DNA from: Macrostomum hystrix
Lineage: Eukaryota > Animalia > Platyhelminthes
Direction of reading: 5' to 3'
Assembly: GCA_950097015.1 (NCBI GenBank)
Contig: CATNEN010000037.1
Coordinates: forward strand, 4,030,001 to 4,094,000
DNA length: 64,000 bases
This document shows, in pieces, positions 1 to 12,800 of the stretch. The notes under the pieces are model-generated. The model was not told the DNA's origin, made no database searches, and saw nothing but the letters and a program-made list of their open reading frames with translations. The translations under genes and the position numbers were made by a program. Within the stretch, counting starts at the first letter, position 1, and each line of letters starts with the position of its first letter.

Positions 1-479
1 TAATTAATTTCGAATTTTAACTACAGAGGAGGCAATTCTCTCTACAATCCAATGATCCGTGAACCCTGTAAAAAATTCGGCTGCTTCTTCGGCGGGTTTT
101 TTGTGCAAAATAGGAGTGGAATCTACCGAAATCCCCCCTATCTCGCAAGAGTTAAAGAAACCACCCAGGAAGCAGCCGATGTAACCGTAAATTGTGCGGA
201 AACCGCCGAAGAATCACCCGAAGACGTGGCCCATGGGAAAACCAGAGAATTATTTACGGGCGATTCCTCGGCGGTTTCTGAGCATGGAATCTTCCGAACT
301 GGAGGATTCTTTGGGTGATTCCATTTCGCCACCAAGAAGCACCGAGAAAACGCCCAGTTGGGTAGATTCTAATCATGGAATCATCCGATTGGTATGTTTC
401 CTGTGTTGGGATTTAAATAGCGGATCTCTCTGGGGAAATATTTATTTGCAGGAATAAAAAATGTTTGCATTCTGCTTAC

Positions 480-3400
480 CTTGAGATTGTTCAGTAGAGT
501 AGCCAGCACATCGTGCGGTCCAATGGCCTTGGCGATGTAGCCGAATGTGTTAACTGTAGCTCTTCTGATGCTCTTCTTGTGCGCTTTGAGAAGATCCAGC
601 AGTTCAAAGCAGATTCGCATCCATTCTTTGACGCTGACAAACTCGGAGCCGCGATCAGCGATGCGGCCAACCAGATCGATGCAGTTCTCCTGCACCTTCT
701 CGTGCCGGTTCTTCAGAATGGGCGTCAGCCTTGGCAGCAGGTCCTTGATCGGAGGCGTCATATTATTCATGCCGATCACGTTCACGATGGCCTTCAAAGC
801 GCCAAGAATCGAACCAAGCACCTCTGGATACTCTTCTCCAAGGTATTCGTACAGCACAACGCCCAAATGGCCCATTAGTCGTTCCTCTTGACAAGCCTTC
901 ATAACTCCGGCGATGCGGCTGATAAGATCAGCCACCTGTTGGCGCACCTTGGCCGATTTGTTGTTTAAGCGCCAGAGAATGTTTCCGCAAATCTGCGGCA
1001 GGTAGGGCTTCACCCGCTTGCCGAGTGCGTTTACCAGAGTGCCAAAACCGTTCAGCATTACAGCGTCCTCCGTAGTCTGTTCAGAGAAGGCGAACATAAC
1101 ACCGTCGACTAGTTGCTCCTCCAGACGGGCGTCAACCTCAGTGGCGCCAAGATTATTGAGCACCTTCTCAACTGTGTCCATAACCATTTTGCGATACTGC
1201 TCGGACTGTTCCTTTAGATCGTCGACAATGCGATTTAGTATCTCGGCGGAGCCCACCTTGTTGGCGATCTCCACTGTGGTGTCAACCAGCTGGCGATAGT
1301 TGCGCCTCTCTGTGGCCATCTTCTGGGTCCAGAAGTGCTTGAAGAATGGCGGCAGGATGTCCTTCTTGATGTAGGCTGGCTCCACACCCTCTGTGGAGCA
1401 GCACTGTTTTACTACCTTGAGTACAATCTTCTTCATCTCTTCGTCGGGAGATTGGAATTCGCGAATTAGGATAAGCATAACCTCGCGAGTGTAGTAGTTA
1501 GCGTACTCAGCGTCCATAAGTGGAATCAGGTAGCCGATGGCTTTGAGGAAGGCAGCCAATCCTTTGCCGCGATGAGTTCGAATGCCTTTCCACAGCGGTT
1601 TGAGCACAGTATCGAATGACTCAATGCCGTAGGGTGTGGCTGATTCAGCAAGAGCGGCCAGGGCCAAAGCGGTGATGGTGCGCACTTTCTGCTGCTCATC
1701 AACCAGGCCCAGCTCAATAATCTCAACAAGTGAGCGCAGGTGCGGAAGGACTGCGCAGCCCATTAGGATGGCAATTTGTTGCACAATCTTGATGCCAGTG
1801 TGCCTGGCCTGCCAGCTGCGCTTGGATTTGCAAACAGCTTTCAAAAAAAGGAGCAGACTGGGAATGCCAAGAGCTGAGGCCACTACAGCGAAAGCCCTGG
1901 CTGTGGTGTTGCGCACATATTCGTCCATGTTCTCCAAATCCGGCCGCATTGTGGTGATCATAGTGGCCAGGCCGGCCGCTTTGGCCAGGTTAGAAATGAT
2001 CTCGCGGCCCTCTACGCGGGCGTAATAGTCTTCGTCAATTAGCAGCGGCTCAATCACCACAAGGATTTTGTGAACGAACGGTCGCACCAGATCGTCTAAC
2101 TTATACAGAACGCGATCGATCACCTTCACCAACAGGTGACGCTCCTGATCTTCTAATGTTGGCGACATCAGCAGCGGCAGAATCTGGTTGAACAGCGGGC
2201 CGGCGCCGAATTCCCGCGACTTCTCCGTGATCTGGCGGAGCGCGGATTTGCGCATCGGCGGAGTGCCGTTCTTGATCTTCAATAGCAGCGTCATGATTCG
2301 ACGCTCGCGCAGTTCGTCAGCTGAAAGGCTGTCCTCGTCAACGTCGGTTAGCAGCTTGTCAAAGTATTGCATATCGTCCGGCTTCAGCATAGGCAGATTG
2401 GTGCCCTTTGGCTGCATATCCGGCAGAGCTGAGCCCGTAGAAGTGCGAACATCCGGAGTGGCCATCTTGAAGCCGGCCGGTGTAGTCAGGGGAGTTGGCG
2501 TAGCTGTCAAACGCCTGGGCGTCCTCAGCGGCACATAGCCGGCCGGTGGCGCCAGCACCTTGTAGCCTTCGGGCAGCATTGCGTCCAGATCTTCGTCGGA
2601 AAGCGGCCGATTTCGATCGTCTAGCTCCTTCTGAGCTGAAAACAACTGCATCTGCTCCGGCGTCATTGGGACAGCGGCGGCTGCAGCTGCCGCGCTCGGT
2701 GTGGCCATTGCCATGGCCTTGACGCCCATCGGGGTGACGCCGCTGGGGGTCATGACGCCGCCTGGAGTGAAGCCACTAGGCGTTGCCGAAGCCGGCGTGG
2801 CGATGCTCGGCGTGGCGCCAGCGGCATTTGAAGGCGTCTCAGCTCCGGGCGTTGTCTCGTCCCAGCGAGATCGGCGCTTACCAGGCTGCGGCGTCTCTTG
2901 AATGAGGTCGGCGGCGGCGCGCTCAACCCTCGGCGTCTCCCCCCAGCCTCCAGGCGTAGCTTCATCCCATCGATTTCGGCGGCCCATCGGCGTTGTAGCG
3001 GACGGCGTGGCGTCGAAATGACCGGGCGTTTCGCCGCGTGTGGACATGTGAATGGGCGTCTCAGACCACTGGCGATCGTTCCCCGGAGCCGGGGTGGCGT
3101 CGCCGCTGATGCGACCGGGTGTCTCCGCCCACTGGCGCACACTGGCTGAGGGAGTCGCAGCGCCGCTGGCCGAGACAGACGATGGAGTGCCGGCTGCGTC
3201 AGATTCAAAGCCGGGCTGCAAGGAGTTAAGGAAGAGTTAGTTTTTTGAGTAGACTAGAGAAATGGGCTGGAGTTCCAGTCTCAACAATCTGCGAAACGAG
3301 AGACACAACAGACTGAGATGCAGGAGACACAACAATCTGAGATACAGGAGACACAACAATCTGAGATACAAGAGACACAACAGACTGAGATACAGGAGAC

Positions 3401-5740
3401 ACAACAATCTGAGATACAGGAGACACAACAATCTGAGATACAGGAGACACAACAATCTGAGATACAGGAGACACAACAGACTGAGATACAGGAGACACAA
3501 CAGACTGAGATGCAGGAGACACAACAGACTGAGATACAGGAGACACAACAGACTGAGATGCAGGAGACACAACAATCTGAGATACAGGAGACACAACAAT
3601 CTGAGATACAGGAGACACAACAGACTGAGATACAGGAGACACAACAGACTGAGATGCAGGAGACACAACAGACTGAGATACAGGAGACACAACAATCTGA
3701 GATACAGGAGACACAACAATCTGAGATACAGGAGACACAACAGACTGAGATACAGGAGACACAACAATCTGAGATACAGGAGACACAACAATCTGAGATA
3801 CAGGAGACACAACAGACTGAGATACAGGAGACACAACAATCTGAGATACAGGAGACACAACAGACTGAGATACAGGAGACACAACAGACTGAGATACAGG
3901 AGACACAACAGACTGAGATACAGGAGACACAACAGACTGAGATACAGGAGACACAACAGACTGAGATGCAGGAGACACAACAGACTGAGATACAGGAGAC
4001 ACAACAGACTGAGATGCAGGAGACACAACAGACTGAGATACAGGAGACACAACAATCTGAGATACAGGAGACACAACAGACTGAGATACAGGAGACACAA
4101 CAATCTGAGATACAGGAGACACAACAGACTGAGATGCAGGAGACACAACAGACTGAGATACAGGAGACACAACAGACTGAGATACAGGAGACACAACAAT
4201 CTGAGATACAGGAGACACAACAATCTGAGATACAGGAGACGCAACAATCAAAGAAACAGGAGAACCAGACCTTCTGCCTTACCTTCTTGGCCTGCGGAGT
4301 GTCGCCGCTGTCAGCCGGTACATCCCAGCGACCGCGCTTCTTGGCGGGCGCCTCCTGCTGCACAGGCAATGGGACGGTGCGCAATGCGCCAGCCTTGGCT
4401 TTCTCAGCCATCTGCTGGCGCAGCTCGGCCTGCTTCTGAATGAGCGCCTGCGACTGCATGATGTCCCTGTAAGTCTGCAGGCTGTGGTCTGGCGTTTTGC
4501 CGCCTGCAAATATATGGGAGACAGTTTATAATTATTAAGGTGTAAGTGGGCATCATAATGTAGTTCTTGTTAGTTCTTTTTCACTTTTTATTGCTTAATG
4601 CAATACTAAAATACTATTCAAACATGATTACTATTTTATTATTATAAGCTAGCTAAGTAGAACAATCCAATCCAATCCAATATCCAGTCAGTATTGCTGT
4701 TCCAGATCGACCAAAACTGAACCGGATGGTCGCTGCAGCTAAACTGTAGCCCTGGCTGTAGCTAGGACAGCTCCAACTCATGCTCAGCAGTGCCTGTTGC
4801 CGTCTGGGCGCGCCAACCGATTGAGCTAAAACGGGCACTTTGGGGCACTGTTGGCGCAAATTCATTATAGCGGCTATGAGTTGGTCTGCAGTGTGTGAGC
4901 TATATAACATCACCAGTCCCCAAGCCCCATGTTTCTGGCTAACGGCTTTTAACGGCTGATAATCTGGAAGACAAAGAAAAAACAAAGCGAGCCGTCAATT
5001 TAGCAGGCCAAGCGGCTTTTTAGAGAAATTGAAAACTAATTAAATACAGGTCCATAGCTAGGTGGCTGATCTGGTTCACTCCAGATTGCAGAGATCCGAA
5101 TCCAATGCATCGTCTGCAATAAGATCTAGATTTTTGTGTTATAAAGTGTTCTGCTTTCTTCAAAAAGAGAGACAACAGACACAAACAGCACAAACCTCGG
5201 CCATAGCTTGTTGCCAAGCCCCGTCAACCCCCCAGGCGGTGAACACTGGGGGGACGCAGAGGGCGGCAGCTGGCGCGCCATTGCTAGTCGAGAGAGAAAG
5301 AAGGGAATGGGGAAAACCGGTGGGAGTATAATTAGCAGTGCAACAACTCTCTTGACAGCGAGCATTTATCCCAAAATAATTCACTTATTACTATTGTTTA
5401 GCGTATTATAATGCCTAAGAACTTGTATAGCTTTATAAGCAGACACTCATAGCCACTGTGAATTGCATGGCCAGAAATTAGTGCATGTTGACAATTAAAT
5501 CTAAATCTTTATTTTTTAATAACTACCACTTACAATATTACAGTCAATAACTACAATTTAAATTAAAAAAATAATCATACTAAGTAAAATATTTACTGTA
5601 TAACAAGCACTAATAAATTCCATTGCTTGCCAGTAGGACCTCTGCATTACTTACCATCTAGAAACATGTCTGCCCTAGCTGGCGAAATCATCTGCAGGCT
5701 CTTCCTATAATTGTTGTCCTTCTTGCCCAGACCAGGGGGC
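480..5740 (-). CDS. SF3B1: Splicing factor 3B subunit 1 (SAP155), partial. Exons 5740-5655, 4503-4283, 3215-480; continues beyond the left edge; 5'-most exons not located
   Basis: Spliced translation reads [30 protein letters not shown]|GKTPDH...AEKAKAG...KKRGRWD|PGFESD... It has RWDETP/WGETP-type ULM repeats, [52 protein letters not shown] and HEAT repeats to LLNNLK. Donors are GTAAG (5654, 4282, 479), acceptors are CAG, and phases match (1, 0, 0). A CTAAC branch motif lies at 3240-3236. Confidence 0.97.
3299..4250. repeat. 24-bp minisatellite (GAGACACAACAGACTGAGATACAG), ~40 copies, filling SF3B1 intron 4282-3216
   Basis: Direct tandem repetition; 8-residue periodicity in the overlapping ORFs (QETQQTEI). 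Confidence 0.97.
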
Positions 5741-8700
5741 CTGTGAGTGAATTGAGAAATTAAATTAACTCATTTTTTATTTAAAAAAGAAACATTAATA
5801 TATAGTTATTAAAAGCACTGAATATAAGGGCCAAAAACAGAGTTATGTAATTTTTTATATGAGAGTAATACATACTTAGAGAAATTTTGCTGTCAAATCA
5901 TTAAACCTTTTTATTTTGACCTCATTTTTGTGCCAACTAACAAGGAACTAGAAAATTGATTATTTATGAGGGATTATATTATGCTGGCAGTGCCCTCTTT
6001 CTAGTAGCACTACCTTGCTCCAACCTCAAGTTCAAATGGCTCCCCAGCATGAGCCAAAATATCGACTCAGTCTGGCTTTCAATAAAATCCCAGTCTTAAG
6101 CTGTCTTAAACAAACAGCTAGCCCCAAACAATTTTAAGAATTATTAACATAGTCATTTGTCCACTTCCCAGCAGATTATGAGAATTATGATCCCATTGAA
6201 AGCTGGTAAAGGTTATACTAAAGAAGTAAATATAACTATTTAAACATAATTATAAAAAACGTATATATAATAAAAAGCAACAAATATTTTTTAAAATATA
6301 AATATTTTAAAGAGAAATATAGGCCTAGCCGTTTACTATACATCTAAGGGAAATATTGGGAGAAAAAAATATTATTAAGGGATATAAAAAGATTAACTTT
6401 TTGGGACAAAAAATACATTCACATTTTAGCCAACTAACTTGACAAAGAGAACTAATGAACACAATTGCATATCCACTGTAACACATAGCACAAAAAAGCA
6501 ATATCAACATACATATTCTGCATAATTTTTATTTGGTATTCAGAAAATAATGTCTCCTAATAAAAAAACCTACTTTTTTCAAAAAGTAGTTTTTATGTCT
6601 ATTTATACCATTTAAATGATCTTAAACTAAAGTAGATATATATGATCCTTTTGTAGAACAGTTCAGGAACATTCATTGTATCACTAAATCCCCTACCTTC
6701 AGTTCACAATCATTCACATATTTTTTCTATTTAAAGCATTGTAAACCAAATTGGATATTGGATAGCATCCTTTTTGAAGAGCATAAAATGACACAAAACA
6801 ATATTAATAAGCATAGTTTATCCATTTTTGTTTCATTCAAGCAAGCCATTGTTTGAAAAGAAAAATACATGGGGTCATGCCATAATCTGGATTATGGTTT
6901 CTTGTACACTAATACACAAAAAATTCCTCACTGAGTGTATGTTGATATGCCAGTTCAATAAGAAAAAAATAATAAAGGTTAAAAAAAAGAAATTTACTAT
7001 GTTAATTTAAAAGCAAAAACAATTTGAAATAACATTTATAATAAAAATTATATATATTTATTTTGATGAATAAATGTAGCATATAATTTGTTTTAACTAA
7101 TTAATGGGATCTTTAAAATGCTAGAGTATTTTATTTAAAAGCAAGATTTGGTAATTTTATTGATTAGTCATGTAATTTAACTTGCAACTTAGTGGTACAT
7201 ATACCAAGTGGACTGCTATATAATTTATCTATCCATTGAAAAGCCACTGAAGACTCAAATGTATGCTGAACTAGTTTGGTGTATAGTATAGGCCACCTTC
7301 CAAACTATGGGTTTCAAAAATCAAAATATAGATGAAACAATTAATAAACAGTTTTTATAAAGCAATCCTATAGGCCTACCACCATTTGAAATCTTACTTG
7401 CTGCTAACTAAGGCATAGGTAACTTTGTTTTATAGCTACCATGTCCGAAAGCTACAAAATTATGTTATAGATCTTGTGTCCCTAAAAATGAGTCATTGCT
7501 TACTTATGGATATGATGGCCATATATTCAAGAACATCAGTATGGTAGGCCATGCCCCAATAAGTATGCTGCTGCCTAGTCCTTTAAGTTTTCTTAATGTA
7601 AATATATAAATATATACAGCTAACATTAGCACTTTACACCATAACCTTGCATTAGAATGTAACAATGTAAGAAAAAAACAAATTTAAAATAAATAATATA
7701 TAATCTCTTGACTAATAATCTGACCAAAGTTTAAGAGAGATAATACTTGCATGTGATTACCCACATTTTCTGTGACAAAGTGGGTACCATCAAGTGTATA
7801 AACAGTAAAGACGAACTGTTTAACAGGATGATCTGCATAACAGGGTGAAGACACTTTCATAGCTAAGCTAATGAAAAATGAAAATAATTTTGTTTATAAC
7901 TATTAGTAAACTGTGAAAGGCCCAAACAAAACTAAATATTGAATTATTATATAACACAGTTTAGGCGAGTCTCTTATGGCTAAATAGAAGGTTTTCTTGA
8001 AATTTGACTTGAAATGTAAGTCCAATAATGATTAACATAGGTAACTTTTTTTAAAGAAAAGAATTTTTATTGAGTAACTTACGAGCTGTTTTGAGCCATT
8101 TCAAAGGATGGGCTTATAAATATCAACAATCAGTGAGAATTAAAATATTTAATAGAAAGAACAGTTGACTCGAACTCAGAACCACTCAATTACATTGCAC
8201 ATTCGGTTGAAATGGAGGTACTTGAATTTCGAGAACTTTATATTGCATTATTTACGCGGTTTAAAAATACAAATATAGTTATTATGCATTACAAATTGCT
8301 ACAATAGCTGTCAAAGATTAGCAACGCAATTTATAAAATGCTATATGTTGTATAAATGTTGCACATGTTTCTAAGGTATTTACTGATATGTTACCTCTTG
8401 TTTTAATCCTTTCAGTATTTAAATCAACGACGCAAATGCGAAGCAAGGACCACTAGAAGAAGACCTCTTCCTCTAGTGATCCTTGATGCGCGCATTGTAT
8501 TCCAAAGCAAGCTAAGCCACTCAGCAAACACCAAGCAAGCATGCCCATAGACTATAGAGGCTTCGTATTTCTTGAAAATGTTTACTAGCTAGCTTTAATG
8601 CGTAATGAGAAAAGTCGATGCTGTGCTTGCAAGTGATCTATATTTCTCTTGGACCAGCGAATGAAATGCTCTCGGTTTAATTTATTTTTTCCTATTTGCG

Positions 8701-9890
8701 CGGTCGGTACTTCCCTGTTGAATTCAGCGAGAATTGAATGAGAGAATGCAATCTAGGGAATAAAAGTAGGGAATATAACTGCATCTAGGGAAGATTGATG
8801 CAGTTGCGCGGCACCGGCCCCCTCGGATAGGGGGTCGGATCCCAAACAACGCATCTGCCATTTGGAGTGCGAAAATCCAAATAAATAAACACCTAGGGAT
8901 TTTTGGGCCTGCTATACTAGAAGACTGAGTTTATAGCTGTACACTTAGGGTTTTGGATTAGTTAAACATTCGATTTTAACTCCCTCTGGATAACCGGTTT
9001 CGATGGTGCAACTCTCTTTTTACAAAGAGTAATACCTGATTTATAAACGTCCTTACATTACTTTTTTCTTCTACATATTTGGTTTCCTCTGTGGTTTCCT
9101 TAGGAAACCACTTTGAAATAGGCAAGAATTTTCTTCATAGTACCGATCAAATGAAAAAATAAAATACTACGTGGCCGCGTGTATAGCCCCATCCCACCAA
9201 ATGTTATCGGCATGATGCGATCGTATATGTAGTTATTGTTACGATGAGCTCTAATCGCATCGCTTTTTGCTTCAAGAGAGGGAAAATGTATTTTATATGG
9301 TACTACGTAGAATTTAATAAATTAAATAGATTTTCAATTAAACATGGATCTCGGACTCTTCATTCAACAGATTTCTTTCAGTAGAGCCAAAGAATTAATT
9401 CACTTCACTTCACCACAGAAAACAATGAAATAATTAAATAGTACTATAACGGACATTCCAAATTAAAGCTTACATGTTCAATTATATTTGCATAGTATCA
9501 AACATCCTTAAGATGATATTTTGGTCTCGATGGTGAATTGTTGATGCATTGGTGTTTTTGGTGAAAGAGTGATTATTGATTTGAGAACAACATAAATTAG
9601 GCTTGTGTAATCTACGGCTTATTTGATTAAATGTGCAAGGATGGACACAACAGCTGTCTGGCCTTTTAAACAAATTCTTTACTATAAATATAACTCTATT
9701 ATATAAGCCTAAAAGGATTGTGACAGTTTTGTAAGTGGAGTATTATTTAAAGTTTGATACAAATGTTAAAGTAAACTATAAAAATAGACCAATCGTGCGA
9801 ATTAGGAAAACTTTTTTCTTTCAATCAGCGATCAGAGTCACAGAGAAGGCGAGATGGTTACTACTATGCGTAGGATTGCGTGCTGCAATT

Positions 9891-12800
9891 TTACATAGGC
9901 TTCTCACATATGCATCCTTGCCAGCTCCCGCAGGAATTGTATATTAAGCTTGAGCTCCAACTGGCTGATGGTGAAGTCACACGAATGGCTACACAATTGC
10001 CGCTTGCACCTACCGTGCCATTGTTCACCCAGAACGTTGTGCTTTCTCCTGTGCAAGTGCGGGGGCGGGCTGGCATATTTATCACTTAGCAAATTAATAT
10101 AAATTCAGATAAACAAAAAAAATCCCTGTGAATATTGCAACTCAACTTCGAACCCTAACTCCCTATTTGTTTGGCAACGTTTGGCAATGAATTTCACATC
10201 TCGCTGACTATTTTTTTCTTTACCAATGGAAAAACCACACTATTTTCCCCTGGGGAAAGACCACGGGGCTCCCACTGCCTACTTCACGACAGCTCCCAAA
10301 CCGAATGACAGATTTCCATGAAATTCCACCATATATGGATCAAATTTTTCCGCCCTTTACGATGAACTATTTATCAAAGCCGTCCAGCATCCAGCGTCCA
10401 GCGATTCTTGTCAGAGACCCTGGTGACAAACAGCTAACATATCTCTGTATAAGCCTTTATAGCGAAGCCTTTATAGTTGGTTCAATAATATTCAATAATT
10501 AGCAATACAATCAATACAATATAAACAGTAACAGTCGAAATGGTTACATGATGAAATTTCGTGAGCTGAAAAATTACGCCTATATTGTTAGTTTTTGCCA
10601 CAAGACACCTCGACGAGAATCGTTGAATATCTGGACGATACCGATTTTTGTGATTCTAGAAGTTGTTTCAACGGATAGATAGAGCGGAAAGTTTTAATCC
10701 ACGTTCTGGAAATTCCTAGCGATCGGCTGAACATTTTGTGAGATACAGAAAAATGCTAATTTCAAGACCCCGTGGTCTTCTACCGTTAACAGATCTCTCA
10801 GCTACTCACTTCCGTTGACGAATATGATGTCCCGGATCTGGTTGAACTTCTCCTGGGACTGCAGCTCAGCCATTGAGCCGCCCATGGCAGCGCAATTGCT
10901 GGAGCAACTCATCGAGGTGGCTGCGCCCGGCTGAAGAGCCACGCACGAGTTTGTAGCAGCTGCGAAGTTCAAGAAGTTCTGCGCAGAGGGGCACACCTCC
11001 GCATTGCTACGACAGATCACAGGGCGCATCACATTCGAGTAGCCCCTGAACGGGCTGCCGGTGCTGTTCATATAATAACTGCCAGAGCTGCCGTCAGTAA
11101 TAGTGCTGGTGATTGGATCGCCATTGGTGACAGTGAGGCCTCCACCGGCTGAGGAGGTCCACAGCCAAGCCTCCCAATCGGATGCCAAAATGTTCCTGAT
11201 GTTAAATACGTAGTTCCTCGCCTTGATGTAGTCGCCATCGATTAGGGCCGGAATGTACTGGTCGCTACCGCAGGCAACACTCGGGCTTGAAACCGAGCTC
11301 ATGTTCACACTGTTGCCTGTGTAGTAGAAGCAGAGGAAGCCCACAGTGCGCACATCATTTGCGCCCGATGGCGGCTGGATCGGCAGAGGGCAGCTGTTCG
11401 TCTGGAGTGAATGAAACATTGACAGTCAGCCAAGTCCATCCGTACTTCTGAGAGTTATTCAGATTGGATCGGTTTGGAAATCGTCTAAAAATTTCGATGT
11501 GATTTAGATACCCCAACGAGATCTTTGCCTACTTTGCCTACTTTGCCTACTTTGTCTTTCAAAACCTGAATCTGTCAGCCTTTTGAGTCTAAATGGACTG
11601 ATAAAGTGACTTTTTTTCAATGCCTATTGGTTAGAGTTCAGAAGTTCGAAAATTAGCCCAGTAGAAAATTAATGTGCCCCGGCATTGCTTCAGTACGCCC
11701 AGCCCTACAGTCCATGGACTAAAAGGCTGTACACAGCCTTTGAAAGTGCAATAGTTGCACATATGGCCCAAATAGGTCATTTCTTTCAGTTTTTTTCTAG
11801 GCGAAATCTGTGTTGATAAAAATCGAATCAATTGGCAAACAAGTTGTTAGGCATTGCTCACAACAATGCCAGGCGATTGAGTCATGGTACCGCCGCCTCT
11901 AGAGCTTCCAATGTTGAGCTCGTCTTGACAGATGCTCCTGTATGCCAATGTACATTCTCTCGATGATGCAGCGGTGCTGATCGCGTCTGACAAAGCATTG
12001 ATTGTTAGAGCAATGCAGTTCCCGTAAGCGGTGACTTCGCTAGGCAGGTGGGATCCCGTATTGGAGATCCACACTTGGCTGCCATTCCCTGCGCAGAAAC
12101 GGGTGAATGCCAAATTAATGAAATGCAGCTTTTAATTGACTTATTAATAAACGGCTGAAGTCTTACATGCGCGCTGCCAAATGCCAGTTCTGATTGCGTT
12201 ATACGAGTCGCTGCTCTCAATCCTGGCCTTTTGCTTTCCCGAGCAGGAGTCATTGTAGTTCGCTTCGGTGGGGTTGAAGTAGTACCAGAGCAGTCCAGTG
12301 GAGCCGATTTTCACCACGAGAATATCAGCCAGGCTGGCTCCAGGGAAGGCCAGGTTCTTGGCGCAGATTGGTCTCAGCTGGCGAGGTACTCCACCACTAT
12401 CGTTTGCGCACGGGTTCACCTTCAACGGGTTGCATTTGAGATCGTCAGAAGTCTCTAGAAAATGACCAGTGGAACTTCTCCTTCGCAGGAGGTAGAGGTG
12501 AAAATGGTATGCAGAAAAGCAATTTTTCAAGACCAGAAAAAACTGTGTTACGCAATGCAGCGACTGTGATGATGCTTGATGAGGTTCTGTGAGTTGTACT
12601 CGTAATTAATGATCTGGTATCCAGGTATGATTTGATCAGATGTTTTGTTAGTATTCGCTAGCAAAATTCGTTACAAACTATATGTACATGCAAGTATATT
12701 ACTGACAGCGGAAACCCTGCTACCGGATGCAACACTGAATGCGCAGACTCCTGTGCCACTCCGGCTGTCTCGGGCCCAGAAGAGTGCGTTGTCGATGCTG

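Noticed and set aside
62-452. Possible MITE with CCCTGTAAAAAA / TTTATTTGCAGG ends in the SF3B1 intron
   Set aside because: Termini are imperfect, no clear target-site duplication, and no second copy in the window.
513-3240. Plus-strand and alternate-frame ORFs overlapping SF3B1 (and similar shadow ORFs over the K2P, DEG/ENaC, lectin and GPCR exons)
   Set aside because: Antisense or off-frame shadows of GC-rich coding sequence with no recognisable motifs.
3226-4459. Five 330-390 aa ORFs ([31 protein letters not shown] repeats)
   Set aside because: All frames of a 24-bp array inside an SF3B1 intron bounded by canonical splice sites; openness follows from a stop-free unit whose length is a multiple of 3.
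6175-6206. Plus-strand mini-exon-like DYENYDPIES, resembling the SF3B1 YDPF motif
   Set aside because: Wrong strand for SF3B1 and too short to distinguish from chance. Other plus-strand micro-exon candidates in 5.9-8.5 kb did not assemble into a recognisable protein.
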